From contig CAVRAY010000001.1 in assembly GCA_963719225.1 (NCBI GenBank), positions 2,400,001 through 2,464,000 of the forward strand: a stretch of 64,000 bases of DNA. The letters are read 5' to 3'. The translations under genes and the position numbers were made by a program. The notes under the pieces are model-generated. The model did no database searches. It saw only the letters and a list, made by a program, of their open reading frames with translations, and was not told the DNA's origin. The stretch comes from Thermoanaerobaculia bacterium (lineage in GTDB: Bacteria > Acidobacteriota > Thermoanaerobaculia > UBA5066). Below, one piece after another: positions 48,093 to 57,557 of this stretch. Position 1 is the stretch's first letter, and every line of letters begins with the position of its first letter.

Positions 48093-49591
48093 GCGTACTT
48101 CCAAAACCTCGCGGAGGCGTCCTCGTCCTCACCGCGATCTCTGCGGCGGCGTTCGCGTATGCCGCGGCTCGGGCGATCCGGATCCCGATCGTCCACGACG
48201 AAGCCCTCACGTACTTCCAGTTCGTGGCGGGCCCGTGGGCCGGAAGGCTCGACCCGGGCATCCCGTTTCCCGAGAACAACAACCTCAACGCAATCCTTTC
48301 GGCCGCGGCCTGGAAGGTTTTCGGAGGCGGCGACCTCTCCCTCCGTCTGCCGAACCTGCTCGCTTATCCCCTCTTCCTCGTCGCCACGGCGCGCCTCGCC
48401 CTCCGGCAGAGCACGGTTGCGCTCTGTGTTGCTGCCTTCCTTCTTCTCAACGCCAACGCGTTCGCGCTGGAGTTCTTCTCTCTCTCTCGGGGTTACGGCC
48501 TCGGACTCGCGTTCCTCGCCTCCGGCGTCGCGTTCCTCGTCGGGGCGCTCGAGCGGCCCGGGCGCGCCCCGATCTCCGCGAGCCTCGGGGTTCTCAGCCT
48601 CGGATTCGCCGCGTATGCTCACCTGTCGTTTCTCTTTCCGCTCGCCGCCTGCGCGGCGGCGATATTCGCCCGGGAGGCGTGGCGCCTCGTCTCCCGGGCC
48701 CGCTCCGCGAATCCTGGATCCTCGTCTGGTCCGTCCCTGCTGATCCCCCTCGGCATCTCGGTGCCCTTCCTTCTCGTGCTCGTCCCGTATTCCATGGAGC
48801 TGACGAAGCTGGGACGCTTCTACATGGGAGGCGTCCAGGGCCTCTGGTCCGACACGGTCGTCTCCCTGCTCGCCACGTTCCGGTATCTCCCGCCCGCCGA
48901 GGCGCCCCGCGCTCCCCTCCTGGAGGCGGCCCTCGCCGCGGTTCTTTTCCTCCTGGCCGCGGCCGTCGTCGCCCGGCCGGCACGGCTCTCGCCGCTCTCC
49001 CTCGTTCCCGCCTCTCTCCTCGCTCTCACGGCGGCGGGCATCGAGCTGTCGGGCCGACTCTTCGGCGCCCGGTATCCCGTCGAGCGAGCCGCTCTTCCGG
49101 TCCAGTTCCTCTTTCTCGCGACGGCGACCGGCGTCGCCGGGGACTGGATCGCCAAGGCGCGATCGGGCCGGAAGCCGGCCTCGGCCGCCGTGTTTCTTTC
49201 GGCGGCTCTCGCGGTCGCCGCGTTCGCCGCCGCCGCGAACACGACGCACACCCTCCTCTGGCGGTTCGACGCCGACACTCCCCGGATGCTCGACGACCTG
49301 GACCGGGAGCGCCGCGAGCGTGGCCTCCTCCAACGCGTGCGCCTCGGGATCACCTGGCTCATGCAGCCTTCCATCAACTACTACCGGGTGCGCCGGCGTC
49401 TCGACTGGCTCCTCCCCGTGAACCGGCGCGGCCTGGCTGACCTGGACCCGGACTTCTTCTACTGGACGCCGAAGGACGACGACGCGGCTCGGGCTCTCGG
49501 TGTCGCGGCGACGACGATCTATCCGACGTCGGGGAACCGCTTCGCCGCCCGCGTCAGGCCTCCGGCCCCTTCGCACGTGACTCCACCCTGA
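48089..49591 (+). CDS. Multi-pass membrane protein, GT-C/ArnT-like glycosyltransferase candidate
   Basis: HDEALTY after TM1, LRLPNL, SRGYG and many TM segments. Confidence 0.65.
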   Translation: MSVLPKPRGGVLVLTAISAAAFAYAAARAIRIPIVHDEALTYFQFVAGPWAGRLDPGIPFPENNNLNAILSAAAWKVFGGGDLSLRLPNLLAYPLFLVATARLALRQSTVALCVAAFLLLNANAFALEFFSLSRGYGLGLAFLASGVAFLVGALERPGRAPISASLGVLSLGFAAYAHLSFLFPLAACAAAIFAREAWRLVSRARSANPGSSSGPSLLIPLGISVPFLLVLVPYSMELTKLGRFYMGGVQGLWSDTVVSLLATFRYLPPAEAPRAPLLEAALAAVLFLLAAAVVARPARLSPLSLVPASLLALTAAGIELSGRLFGARYPVERAALPVQFLFLATATGVAGDWIAKARSGRKPASAAVFLSAALAVAAFAAAANTTHTLLWRFDADTPRMLDDLDRERRERGLLQRVRLGITWLMQPSINYYRVRRRLDWLLPVNRRGLADLDPDFFYWTPKDDDAARALGVAATTIYPTSGNRFAARVRPPAPSHVTPP

Positions 49592-49643
49592 TCGCCGCGG
49601 CGGAGATACGATTCTCCTGGATCCCGGGGCGAAGGAGGCACGC

Positions 49644-49904
49644 GTGACGAAGAGACGCCGCAGGAAGACCCGGACGGCCGCGCGACTCAACAAGAAGCAC
49701 ACGGTCAAGGCCCACTTCAACGTCCCGCAGCTCACGAAGGCGGGCTCGTCTCTCTCCCTCGAGGTCTACGCCGACGAACAGAAGATCGGCGAGGTCACGA
49801 TCGGGCGCGGTTCGCTCTTCTGGCGCGGGGGCCGCCGGCATCTCCTGAAGAAGATCTCCTGGACCCGATTCGCCGAAAAGATGGACGAGCTCGCGTACGG
49901 CTGA
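49644..49904 (+). CDS. Small basic hypothetical protein (86 aa)
   Basis: AAGGAGG SD with GTG start; typical codon usage. Confidence 0.75.
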   Translation: MTKRRRRKTRTAARLNKKHTVKAHFNVPQLTKAGSSLSLEVYADEQKIGEVTIGRGSLFWRGGRRHLLKKISWTRFAEKMDELAYG

Positions 49905-49922
49905 GCGCGGATCTGCGAAGCG

Positions 49923-50870
49923 CTATCGCGCGCCCGCCGCCACGGGAGCATGCACGGGCGTCAGCCAGCCGTAGCGGTCGTCGACCTTGCCCTCCACGAT
50001 GTCGAAGAAGGCCTTCTGCAGGGCTTCCGTCATGGGGCCGCGCTTGCCGTTTCCGACGGGAATCCGGTCCACCGAGCGGATCGGCGTGATTTCGGCAGCC
50101 GTGCCCGTGAAGAACATCTCGTCGGCGGCGTAAATCATCTCGCGCGGAATCGTCTTCTCTTCCATCTGGAAGTCGAGCTCGCGGGCGAGCTGGATGACGG
50201 ACAGGCGCGTGATGCCCGGAAGCGTCGAGGCCGAAAGGGGCGGCGTGTAGAGGCGGCCTTTCCACACGAGGAAGAGGTTCTCGCCGGAGCCTTCGGAGAT
50301 CCGCCCGTTGTGGTCCATGGCGATCCCCTCGTGGTAGCCGTTCGTGATGGCCTCCATCTTGATGAGCTGGCTGTTCGCGTAGTTCGCCGTGGCCTTCGCC
50401 ATCGCGGGCATCGTGTTCGGCGCGATGCGCATCCAGGACGAGCAGCAGGCGTCGACCCCCTGCTCGAGCGCGTCGGCGCCGAGGTACTTGCCCCACGGAT
50501 AACACCCGATCGCGACGTCCACCGGGTTCGGGAACGGGTTCACGCCGAGCGTCCCGTATCCTCGATAGACGAGCGGCCGGATGTAGCAGGCCTTGAAGTC
50601 GTTCGCGCGCACGACCTCGAGCGTCGCCTCTCGGAGCTGTTCGATCGTGTACGGAATCACCATGCGGTAGATCTTCGCGGACCAGAAGAGCCGGTCGAGA
50701 TGCTCGTCGAGCCGGAAGATCGCGGGCCCGCGGGCCGTGTCGTAGCAGCGCTCGCCCTCGAAGACCCCGGATCCGTAGTGAAGGGCGTGCGTGAAGATGG
50801 AGATCTTCGCGTCGGCGAGATCCACCAGCTTCCCGTTCATCCAGACCTTCTTGACGTTTTCGAAGCTCAT
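49923..50870 (-). CDS. ilvE: Branched-chain amino acid aminotransferase
   Basis: HALHYGSGVFEG, EGSGENLF, LPGITR and FFTGTAAEITP. Confidence 0.95.
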   Translation of the reverse strand: MSFENVKKVWMNGKLVDLADAKISIFTHALHYGSGVFEGERCYDTARGPAIFRLDEHLDRLFWSAKIYRMVIPYTIEQLREATLEVVRANDFKACYIRPLVYRGYGTLGVNPFPNPVDVAIGCYPWGKYLGADALEQGVDACCSSWMRIAPNTMPAMAKATANYANSQLIKMEAITNGYHEGIAMDHNGRISEGSGENLFLVWKGRLYTPPLSASTLPGITRLSVIQLARELDFQMEEKTIPREMIYAADEMFFTGTAAEITPIRSVDRIPVGNGKRGPMTEALQKAFFDIVEGKVDDRYGWLTPVHAPVAAGAR

Positions 50871-50933
50871 GAAGCCCTCCGCGTCGATCTCGAGGAATCC
50901 TAACCGAAACGAAGCGTGTGACCGGAAACGGTT

Positions 50934-51734
50934 TCAAGCGGAATCGACCAACTTCGCAAGCGCCACGACCACGGCGGTCTCGAGGCGGAGAATGCGGGGG
51001 CCGAGAGAGAAGAAAAGAGCACGGTTTTCTTCGAATAACGAGATTTCGGCCGGAGCGAACCCACCCTCGGGACCGATGGCGACAAGGGAGGGCTGGGAAA
51101 ACGCCTGGGCGCCGCCCAGAGGCGCCGCTGGATCCAACACGACGAGCCTTTCCCCTCTTACCTCTCCAAGAAACTCTTCGGTGCTCTTCGGACCTTCCAC
51201 TCCCGGCACGATCGTCCGGTCGCACTGCTTCGTCGCTTCGACGGCGATCCGGCGCAGGCGCTCGAGGCGGGCGGGCGACGAGAGCGCCGTCACGTGCGAC
51301 TTCTGCGACCGTTCGCACGCGAGGAGGACGAAACCCGCCGCTCCGCATTCCGTGCCCTTCTCGATCGCCCATTCGACGCGCGCGGGCTCGGCGCACGCGA
51401 GGGCGACGGTCACGCGGTTCGCGGGCTCGCCGGGGAGAGAAGGGGAAGAAGAAGAGGAAGAGGAGGAAGAAGAGAAGATCTTCTTAGAAGGTAATAGGGC
51501 GATCGCGGCGCCTCCCCTCGCGAGAACGGCCCTGACACGTGCGCCCTTTCCGTCGAGCGCGATGACCTCGTCGCCGTCGCGCAGGCGCCTCGAGCGAACG
51601 TGTTCTCTCTCTTCCCTTCTAAGTAGAATCTCTTTCTTCCGGTCTTCGTGCTCTTCGAACGTCGCCATCTGCTCCGCCAGATCGGGCACGTAGACCCGTG
51701 GCGGCCGCGCGGGGGCGGGGGCGTTCTCACTCAT
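50934..51734 (-). CDS. rsmE: 16S rRNA (uracil1498-N3)-methyltransferase
   Basis: EKGTECG, EATKQC, IGPEGGF and LGPRILRLETA; contains a poly-Ser insert. Confidence 0.9.
   Translation of the reverse strand: MSENAPAPARPPRVYVPDLAEQMATFEEHEDRKKEILLRREEREHVRSRRLRDGDEVIALDGKGARVRAVLARGGAAIALLPSKKIFSSSSSSSSSSPSLPGEPANRVTVALACAEPARVEWAIEKGTECGAAGFVLLACERSQKSHVTALSSPARLERLRRIAVEATKQCDRTIVPGVEGPKSTEEFLGEVRGERLVVLDPAAPLGGAQAFSQPSLVAIGPEGGFAPAEISLFEENRALFFSLGPRILRLETAVVVALAKLVDSA
51027..51172. repeat. Degenerate inverted motif pair TTCTTCGAA (51027) / CTCCAAGAA (51164), 137 bp apart
   Basis: Both sites are imperfect, with the same purine-left/pyrimidine-right flanks. Confidence 0.5.
51481..51625. repeat. 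Inverted motif pair TTCTTAGAA (51481) / TTCTAAGTA (51617), 136 bp apart
   Basis: Read directly; the left site is preceded by a polypurine tract of about 45 nt. Confidence 0.85.
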
Positions 51735-52572
51735 TCGAAGAAGCCCACGCTGTCCCGAGCCATTCGTTCTCCTGAATGGATCGGACCAGCCGAAAGCCTT
51801 CCTTCCGAAGCAGAATCTCCCACTCCCCTTCCCTCTCCACGAGCTGTCCGGAACAGAGAAGCCTCCCGCCCGGCGCGAGATGCCCGCGGAGCACCGCAAG
51901 GAGCGGAGCCGTCTCCTCGTGGATCATGTTCGCCACGACGAAGTCGAACCGGGCTTCGTCTCGGATCGCCTCGAGGGGACCGGCGAACGCCTCGACGCGC
52001 GGAATCCCGTTCGCGCGGGCCTGCTCGCGCGTCGCGAAGGCGGCGAGTGGGTCGACGTCGAACGCCACGACCCGGCGCGCCCCTTCGAGCGTGGCGACGA
52101 ACGCGAGCGTCCCGGTGCCGCAGCCCACGTCGAGGACCCGCGCGCCGCGCAGGTTCTCCGCGAGGAGGAGACGCACGGCGATGCGCGTGGACTCGTGCGA
52201 GCCGGTCCCGAAGGCGCGGACCGCGGGAAGGAAGAGCCGACGAACGCCGGGAGGCGCCGCAGTTGCGAGAGGACCGTCGTGTGGGTCGAAGAGAAATTTC
52301 TCGACGAGCACGGCCTTCCTCAAGGCAGCCGACTCGGCGACCCAATCGGTGGATTCTTCTTCGAAGGTGGAAAGACCGCGAGCGCCGAGCGCCTCGAGTG
52401 CGGAAAGCGCAGCCGCGACGTCCCACGTTCGGACCCAGAGAAAGAGTTTGCCATCCACGTCGGCCGCAGACGAAAACTCCAGCCCCCCTAACCCTTCTAA
52501 GAAATCCCCATGGTTCTCTTCGAATCTGGCGGCCAGCTTCGCGGGGACTTCAATGCGAACCGCAGTTGTCAT
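51727..52572 (-). CDS. prmA: Ribosomal protein L11 methyltransferase
   Basis: AFGTGSHEST, VLDVGCGTG and VVAN; located between dnaJ and rsmE. Confidence 0.88.
   Translation of the reverse strand: MTTAVRIEVPAKLAARFEENHGDFLEGLGGLEFSSAADVDGKLFLWVRTWDVAAALSALEALGARGLSTFEEESTDWVAESAALRKAVLVEKFLFDPHDGPLATAAPPGVRRLFLPAVRAFGTGSHESTRIAVRLLLAENLRGARVLDVGCGTGTLAFVATLEGARRVVAFDVDPLAAFATREQARANGIPRVEAFAGPLEAIRDEARFDFVVANMIHEETAPLLAVLRGHLAPGGRLLCSGQLVEREGEWEILLRKEGFRLVRSIQENEWLGTAWASSNE
52357..52503. repeat. Inverted motif pair TTCTTCGAA (52357) / TTCTAAGAA (52495), 138 bp apart
   Basis: Right site is exact; the left site has one mismatch and keeps the GGTG flank. Confidence 0.7.
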
Positions 52573-52580
52573 GCACCGAG

Positions 52581-52619
52581 GAAAACCGGGGCGAACACTC
52601 CGTGTCGCGTTCCCCCCGG
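52581..52619 (-). terminator. Possible terminator between dnaJ and prmA
   Basis: Imperfect stem CCGGGG...ACAC-GGA-GTGT...CCCCGG followed by TTTTC on the minus strand. Confidence 0.45.
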
Positions 52620-52629
52620 CGCCCCCCTC

Positions 52630-53751
52630 CTACGTACGAACAAATTCTCTCAATCTCTCGAAAAAGCCTTTTTCATCCTTCGTCGGCGTTCCCGACTCCG
52701 AACCGAACGCTTTCGCGAGCTTCTCCATCGCCTCGCGCTGCACGGCGTTCATCTTCTTCGGCACGCGCACGGTGAGGAGGACGTGCTGATCGCCCTTGCC
52801 GCGGCCGTCCAGCCGCGGAACGCCTTTCCCCTTGAGCGTGAACACGCGGCCCGCGGCCGTGCCGGGCGGGACATCGAAGGTGGCGTCGCCGTGGAGCGTC
52901 GGAACCCGCAGCGTGCCGCCGAGGGCGGCGAGATGGAACGGCACGGCCCACGTGAGGATCACGTCGAAACCGTCGCGCCGGAACTGCTCGTGCGGCGCGA
53001 CCGAGATGAAGACATAGAGATCGCCGACGCGGCCGCCGCGCCGGCCCGCATTCCCCTCTCCCGTGAGGCGCAGCCTCGCCCCTTCGTCCACGCCTGCGGG
53101 GATCGCCACCGTGAGGGTTCGCGCGCGGCGCGTACGGCCGTCTCCCCGGCATTCGGGACAGGGATCCTTCACGCGTTCGCCCGCGCCCTCGCAGTCAGGA
53201 CACGGACGGGCGAGGGCGAAAAACCCCTGCCGATACTGGACGCGCCCCTGGCCCCGGCACGTCGAGCACGTGACGGGAGCGGCCCCGCCGCGACCTCCGC
53301 GGCCCTGACAGGCCTCGCAACGCTCGTAGCGGTGGATCGGGAGCGAGACTTCCGAGCCGAAGGCGGCGGATTCGAATGACAGCGTGACATCGGCCTTCTG
53401 GTCCTCGCCGTTGCGGCGCGCCCCCCGCACGTCTCCTCCGGTCGCGAAGCCGAACAGGTCGCCGAGGATGTCGGCGAAGTCCACGAACTGTGTCGGATCG
53501 AATCCCACCCCGCCCATCCCGCGCAGCCCTTCGTGCCCGAAGCGGTCGTAGCGCTCGCGCTTCTCGGGGTCCGAGAGCACGGAATATGCCTCGGCCGCCG
53601 CCTTGAACTTCTCCTCGGCGCTCTTGTCCTCCGGGTTCTTGTCGGGGTGGTGCTTCAGCGCGGCCCGGCGGTAGGCGGACTTGATCTCGTCGGTCGAGGC
53701 GCTTCGCCCCACACCGAGTACCTCGTAATAGTCGCGAAGGGTCGTGCTCAC
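52630..53751 (-). CDS. dnaJ: Chaperone DnaJ
   Basis: HPD J-domain and four CxxCxGxG repeats. Confidence 0.96.
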   Translation of the reverse strand: MSTTLRDYYEVLGVGRSASTDEIKSAYRRAALKHHPDKNPEDKSAEEKFKAAAEAYSVLSDPEKRERYDRFGHEGLRGMGGVGFDPTQFVDFADILGDLFGFATGGDVRGARRNGEDQKADVTLSFESAAFGSEVSLPIHRYERCEACQGRGGRGGAAPVTCSTCRGQGRVQYRQGFFALARPCPDCEGAGERVKDPCPECRGDGRTRRARTLTVAIPAGVDEGARLRLTGEGNAGRRGGRVGDLYVFISVAPHEQFRRDGFDVILTWAVPFHLAALGGTLRVPTLHGDATFDVPPGTAAGRVFTLKGKGVPRLDGRGKGDQHVLLTVRVPKKMNAVQREAMEKLAKAFGSESGTPTKDEKGFFERLREFVRT

Positions 53752-53773
53752 GGCAGGCTGCTAGGGCTCGGAG

Positions 53774-55624
53774 TCAGGCGGGTTTCTCCGCGCCATCGCC
53801 CCGCCGCTCCTTGGACTCGGGCTTGTAGAGCATGGCCTGCGTCAGGATGCGCGAAACGCCTTTCATGTCGATCATCGCGTCGTCGATCGGGCCTCTTTCC
53901 TCGCCCGTCAGGACCTCACGCGCGTTCTCGAGCGTGCGCTGGACGCGGTCTTTCTCGTCTGGCTGCAGGAGATTGCCGAACTCGCGGAAGATGCGGTCGT
54001 TGCCCCCGATCATTCCCTCGAGCTTGTTCTTGAGCTGGCGGAGCTCCTTGCGCTTCGTGTCGGCCGCCTTGTTCACGGTGGCCTCCTCGATGATCTTCTC
54101 GATCTCGGTCTGCGACAGGCCGCCAGCCGGGTTGATCTGAAGCCCCTGCGCCTTTCCGGTCGCGAGGTCCTTCGCCGAGACGTTCACGATTCCCGAAGAA
54201 TCGATCGCGAACGTGACCTCGATCTGGGGAACCCCTTTCGCGGCCGCCGGGATGCCGACGAGCTGGAACTTGCCGAGGGACTTGTTCTCCTTGGCGATGT
54301 CGCGCTCGCCCTGCAGGACGTGGATCTCGACGGTCGTCTGGTTGTCGGCGACAGTCGTGAAGATCTGGGTGTTCTTCGTCGGGATCGTCGAGTTGCGCTC
54401 GATGAGCTTGACGAAGATGCCCCCGTGCGTCTCGAGGCCGAGAGACAGCGGCGTGACGTCCAGGAGGACGAGGTCCTTGATGTCGCCGCGCAGGACGCCC
54501 GCCTGGATCGCCGCGCCGACCGCGACGACCTCGTCCGGGTTGATCGAGCGGTTCGGCGGCTTGCCGAAGATCGTCTCGACCATCTGCTGGACCTTCGGCG
54601 TGCGCGTCTGACCGCCCACGAGGATGATCGTATCGATCTGCTCGGGCTTGAGCTCGGCCGCTTCCAGGGCATTCCGACACGGCCCCTCGGTGCGCTTGAT
54701 GAGGTCCGCGGCGAGCGCCTCGAACGTGTCGCGTGTCAGGAGCTTGTTGATGTGCTTGGGGCCCGAAGCGTCGGATGCGATGAACGGGAGAGCGATCATC
54801 GTCTCGAGCGCGGTCGAGAGCTCGCACTTGGCCTTCTCCGCGGCCTCTTTGAGCCTCTGGAGCGCCAAGCGGTCCTGCCTCAGGTCGATCCCCGTCTGCG
54901 TCAGGAACTCGGCAAGGAGCCAGTCCATGATCGTCCGGTCGAAGTCCTCGCCGCCGAGGAACGTGTCGCCCGAGGTCGCGAGCACCTCGAACATGCCGTT
55001 GTCGATGCGCAGGATCGAAATGTCGAACGTGCCGCCGCCGAGGTCGTAGACGGCGATCGTCTCCTGTTTGCGGTTCTTCTCGAGCCCGTATGCGAGCGCG
55101 GCCGCCGTGGGCTCGTTGATGATGCGGAGCACCTCGAGGCCGGCGATGCGGCCCGCGTCGCGCGTGGCCTGGCGCTGGGAATCGTCGAAATAGGCCGGGA
55201 CCGTGATGATCGCTTCCTTGATCTCCTCGCCGAGCGCCTCTTCGCAGAATTCCTTGATCTCGCGCAGGGTGAACGAGGAGATCTCCTCGGGCGAATAGTC
55301 GCGGTCGCGCACCTGGATCTTCACATCGCCGTTCGGAGCCTCGACGAGCGCATACGAAAGGTGCTCGCGCGCGTGCTTGACGTTGGCGTCCGACATCTTG
55401 CGGCCGATGAGCCGCTTCACGGCATAGATCGTCTGCGTCGGGTTCGTGATTGCCTGGCGCTTCGCGATCTGGCCGACGAGCCGCTCGCCGTCCTCCGTGA
55501 AGCCCACGATCGAAGGCGTCGTCCGGGCGCCCTCGCGGTTCGGGACGACCTGGGGCGAGCCGACTTCGACGACGGCCACGCACGAATTCGTCGTGCCGAG
55601 ATCGATGCCGAGAACCTTAGCCAC
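53774..55624 (-). CDS. dnaK: Chaperone DnaK
   Basis: [23 protein letters not shown] and [10 protein letters not shown]. Confidence 0.96.
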   Translation of the reverse strand: MAKVLGIDLGTTNSCVAVVEVGSPQVVPNREGARTTPSIVGFTEDGERLVGQIAKRQAITNPTQTIYAVKRLIGRKMSDANVKHAREHLSYALVEAPNGDVKIQVRDRDYSPEEISSFTLREIKEFCEEALGEEIKEAIITVPAYFDDSQRQATRDAGRIAGLEVLRIINEPTAAALAYGLEKNRKQETIAVYDLGGGTFDISILRIDNGMFEVLATSGDTFLGGEDFDRTIMDWLLAEFLTQTGIDLRQDRLALQRLKEAAEKAKCELSTALETMIALPFIASDASGPKHINKLLTRDTFEALAADLIKRTEGPCRNALEAAELKPEQIDTIILVGGQTRTPKVQQMVETIFGKPPNRSINPDEVVAVGAAIQAGVLRGDIKDLVLLDVTPLSLGLETHGGIFVKLIERNSTIPTKNTQIFTTVADNQTTVEIHVLQGERDIAKENKSLGKFQLVGIPAAAKGVPQIEVTFAIDSSGIVNVSAKDLATGKAQGLQINPAGGLSQTEIEKIIEEATVNKAADTKRKELRQLKNKLEGMIGGNDRIFREFGNLLQPDEKDRVQRTLENAREVLTGEERGPIDDAMIDMKGVSRILTQAMLYKPESKERRGDGAEKPA

Positions 55625-55639
55625 GGTGCTCCTCCTGGC

Positions 55640-56373
55640 TCATGCCTTCGTGTCCCCGCCGGCCCGGGGCGCTGCGACCTTCACGCGCGCGGGCCTGAGA
55701 AGCCGGTCGTTGAGGAGGTATCCCTTCTGGAAGACCTCGAGCACGGTGCCGGGAGCGACGGATTCCGTCTCCTCGCGCATGACGGCCTCGTGAACGTTCG
55801 GATCGAACGGAAGCCCCAGGGCCGGCACTTCCACCACGCCGTATTTCTTCAGCGTGTCCGCGAATTGTTTCGCGATCATGTCGATGCCCGCGTGGAACTC
55901 GTCCCCCGTGGCGTCGGCGCGATGGACGAGGGCGCGCTCGAAGTTGTCGACGACGCCCAGAATGTCGGCGAACGCCTCCGCGAGCGCGAACCGGAAATAC
56001 TCGGCCTTGTCCCTTTCGGTCCGGCGCTTGAGATTGTCGAAGTCGGCCGACTTCCGGAGCAGCGCCTCGCGAACGCGGCCCAGGTCCTCCTCGGCGCTGA
56101 TCGCACGTTCGCGCTCCTTCGCGACCCGATTCTCCAGGACGGCCAGCCGAGGGTCCGGGGCGGCCGGCGCGGGAGGGGGGGTGCGGCCGCCGGCGCGGGA
56201 TCGGGCGCCGCGACGGCCACCGGACGCGTGGCTTCGTGCTTTCGGTGCTTTTCCTCGACGGCTTCGACGGCGCGCTCGGCCTCGGCGAGAGCGCGCGCGA
56301 CATCGCTGCGGCTCTCCGTCTCGAGGAAGATGATGTCCTCGTCCTCGCGGCGCGGCTTTTTCGGGCCGCTCAT
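55640..56373 (-). CDS. grpE: Nucleotide exchange factor GrpE, frameshifted at the G7 run 56175-56181
   Basis: ADFDNLKRR, VVDNFERAL, FDPNVHEA and GYLLNDRLLRPARV are in a different frame from the ATG coupled to hrcA. Confidence 0.9.
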
Positions 56374-57428
56374 GCGGCTCCCTCCGTGAGCCGTCGGCTC
56401 ACGTAGCGCGAGAGCTCGGCGACGAGCGGCACGACGCGCGCGTACTTCATCCGGCGCGGCCCGATCACGCCGAGCGCGCCGATCACACGGTCGCCCCTGC
56501 GGTACGGAGCGGAAACCACCGCGCTGCCGGTCTCGTCCGTGAAGGGGCTTTCCGAGCCGATGACGACCGCGAGAGAGTCGGCCGTGATGCAGTCGGTCAG
56601 GAGGTTCACGAGCCGAGCCTTCTCCTCGAAGGCGTGAAACATCCGGCGCAGGGCTTCGAGATCGTTCCGGAACTCGGGTTTCTGGAGCAGCGACTCGGTG
56701 CCCTCCATGTAGACCGCCTCTTCCGGCGGGCGCGCCTCGGCGAAGGCCCGGCGCCCGAGCTCGAGGGCGCGAGCGAGAGCGCTGTCCATCCGCACCTTTT
56801 CCTCTCCCAGCGACGCGAGGAGAAGGATGCGGATCTCGTCGAGAGTCTTTCCGGCGAAGTCAATCGTCAGCCGGTTCGAGATGCTTTCCAGCTCGGCCTG
56901 CGAAAAGTCCTCGCGGGTCTCGATGAGACGGCTCTCCACGAGCCCCGTGTCGGAAACCTCGGCCACGACGAGCCTGCGGTCGGCGACACGCGTGAAATGC
57001 ACGGACTCGAGGACGAAGCTCATGGAGGCGGGAGCGGCCACGACGCCCACCTCGCCCGTCAGGCGGCAGAGAACGCCCGACGTGGCCTTGAGGAAGAGCT
57101 CGATCTCGAACGGCTCCGGCGAGAGCTCGTCTGCGATGCGCGCGCGGTCCGTCTCGGAGGGGGTCTGCGCCGGCATCAGCTCTCGAACGAACGCGCGGTA
57201 GCCGCGATCGGTCGGCACGCGGCCGGCCGAGACGTGAGGGTGCGTGAGAAAGCCGAGATCCTCGAGATCGGCCATCGCATTTCTGAGCGATGCCGACGAA
57301 AGGCCGAACTTTCCCCCCTTCGTCAGCTGACGCGACGACACCGGGACCGCGCTCTCGATGTACGCGACGATCACCGAGGCGAGAACCTCGCGGGACCTCG
57401 CGTCCAAACCGTTGAAATCGTTGGTCAT
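56370..57428 (-). CDS. hrcA: Heat-inducible transcription repressor HrcA
   Basis: SSASLRNAMADLEDLG, PHVSAGRVPTDRGYR and GVIGPRRM.Y. Confidence 0.94.
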   Translation of the reverse strand: MTNDFNGLDARSREVLASVIVAYIESAVPVSSRQLTKGGKFGLSSASLRNAMADLEDLGFLTHPHVSAGRVPTDRGYRAFVRELMPAQTPSETDRARIADELSPEPFEIELFLKATSGVLCRLTGEVGVVAAPASMSFVLESVHFTRVADRRLVVAEVSDTGLVESRLIETREDFSQAELESISNRLTIDFAGKTLDEIRILLLASLGEEKVRMDSALARALELGRRAFAEARPPEEAVYMEGTESLLQKPEFRNDLEALRRMFHAFEEKARLVNLLTDCITADSLAVVIGSESPFTDETGSAVVSAPYRRGDRVIGALGVIGPRRMKYARVVPLVAELSRYVSRRLTEGAA

Positions 57429-57557
57429 CGCGACGCAAGGCCCTCCGCCCTTGCCTGACTCCCTGAGCTTCCCGGGAGAGGGCCATGATATCAAAGCGAC
57501 TCGCCCTCGGGTGTAAGATCAGATGCCCCCTGGGGAGGTCGGCAGAGCCTTATCCGT

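Noticed and set aside
6438-52503. Motif pairs as MITE, REP or attC-type inserted elements
   Set aside because: The DNA between paired sites is unrelated from pair to pair and often encodes conserved protein sequence; no target duplications are seen.
6438-52503. Motif as a Chi- or KOPS-like polar signal
   Set aside because: Both orientations occur about equally within 64 kb.
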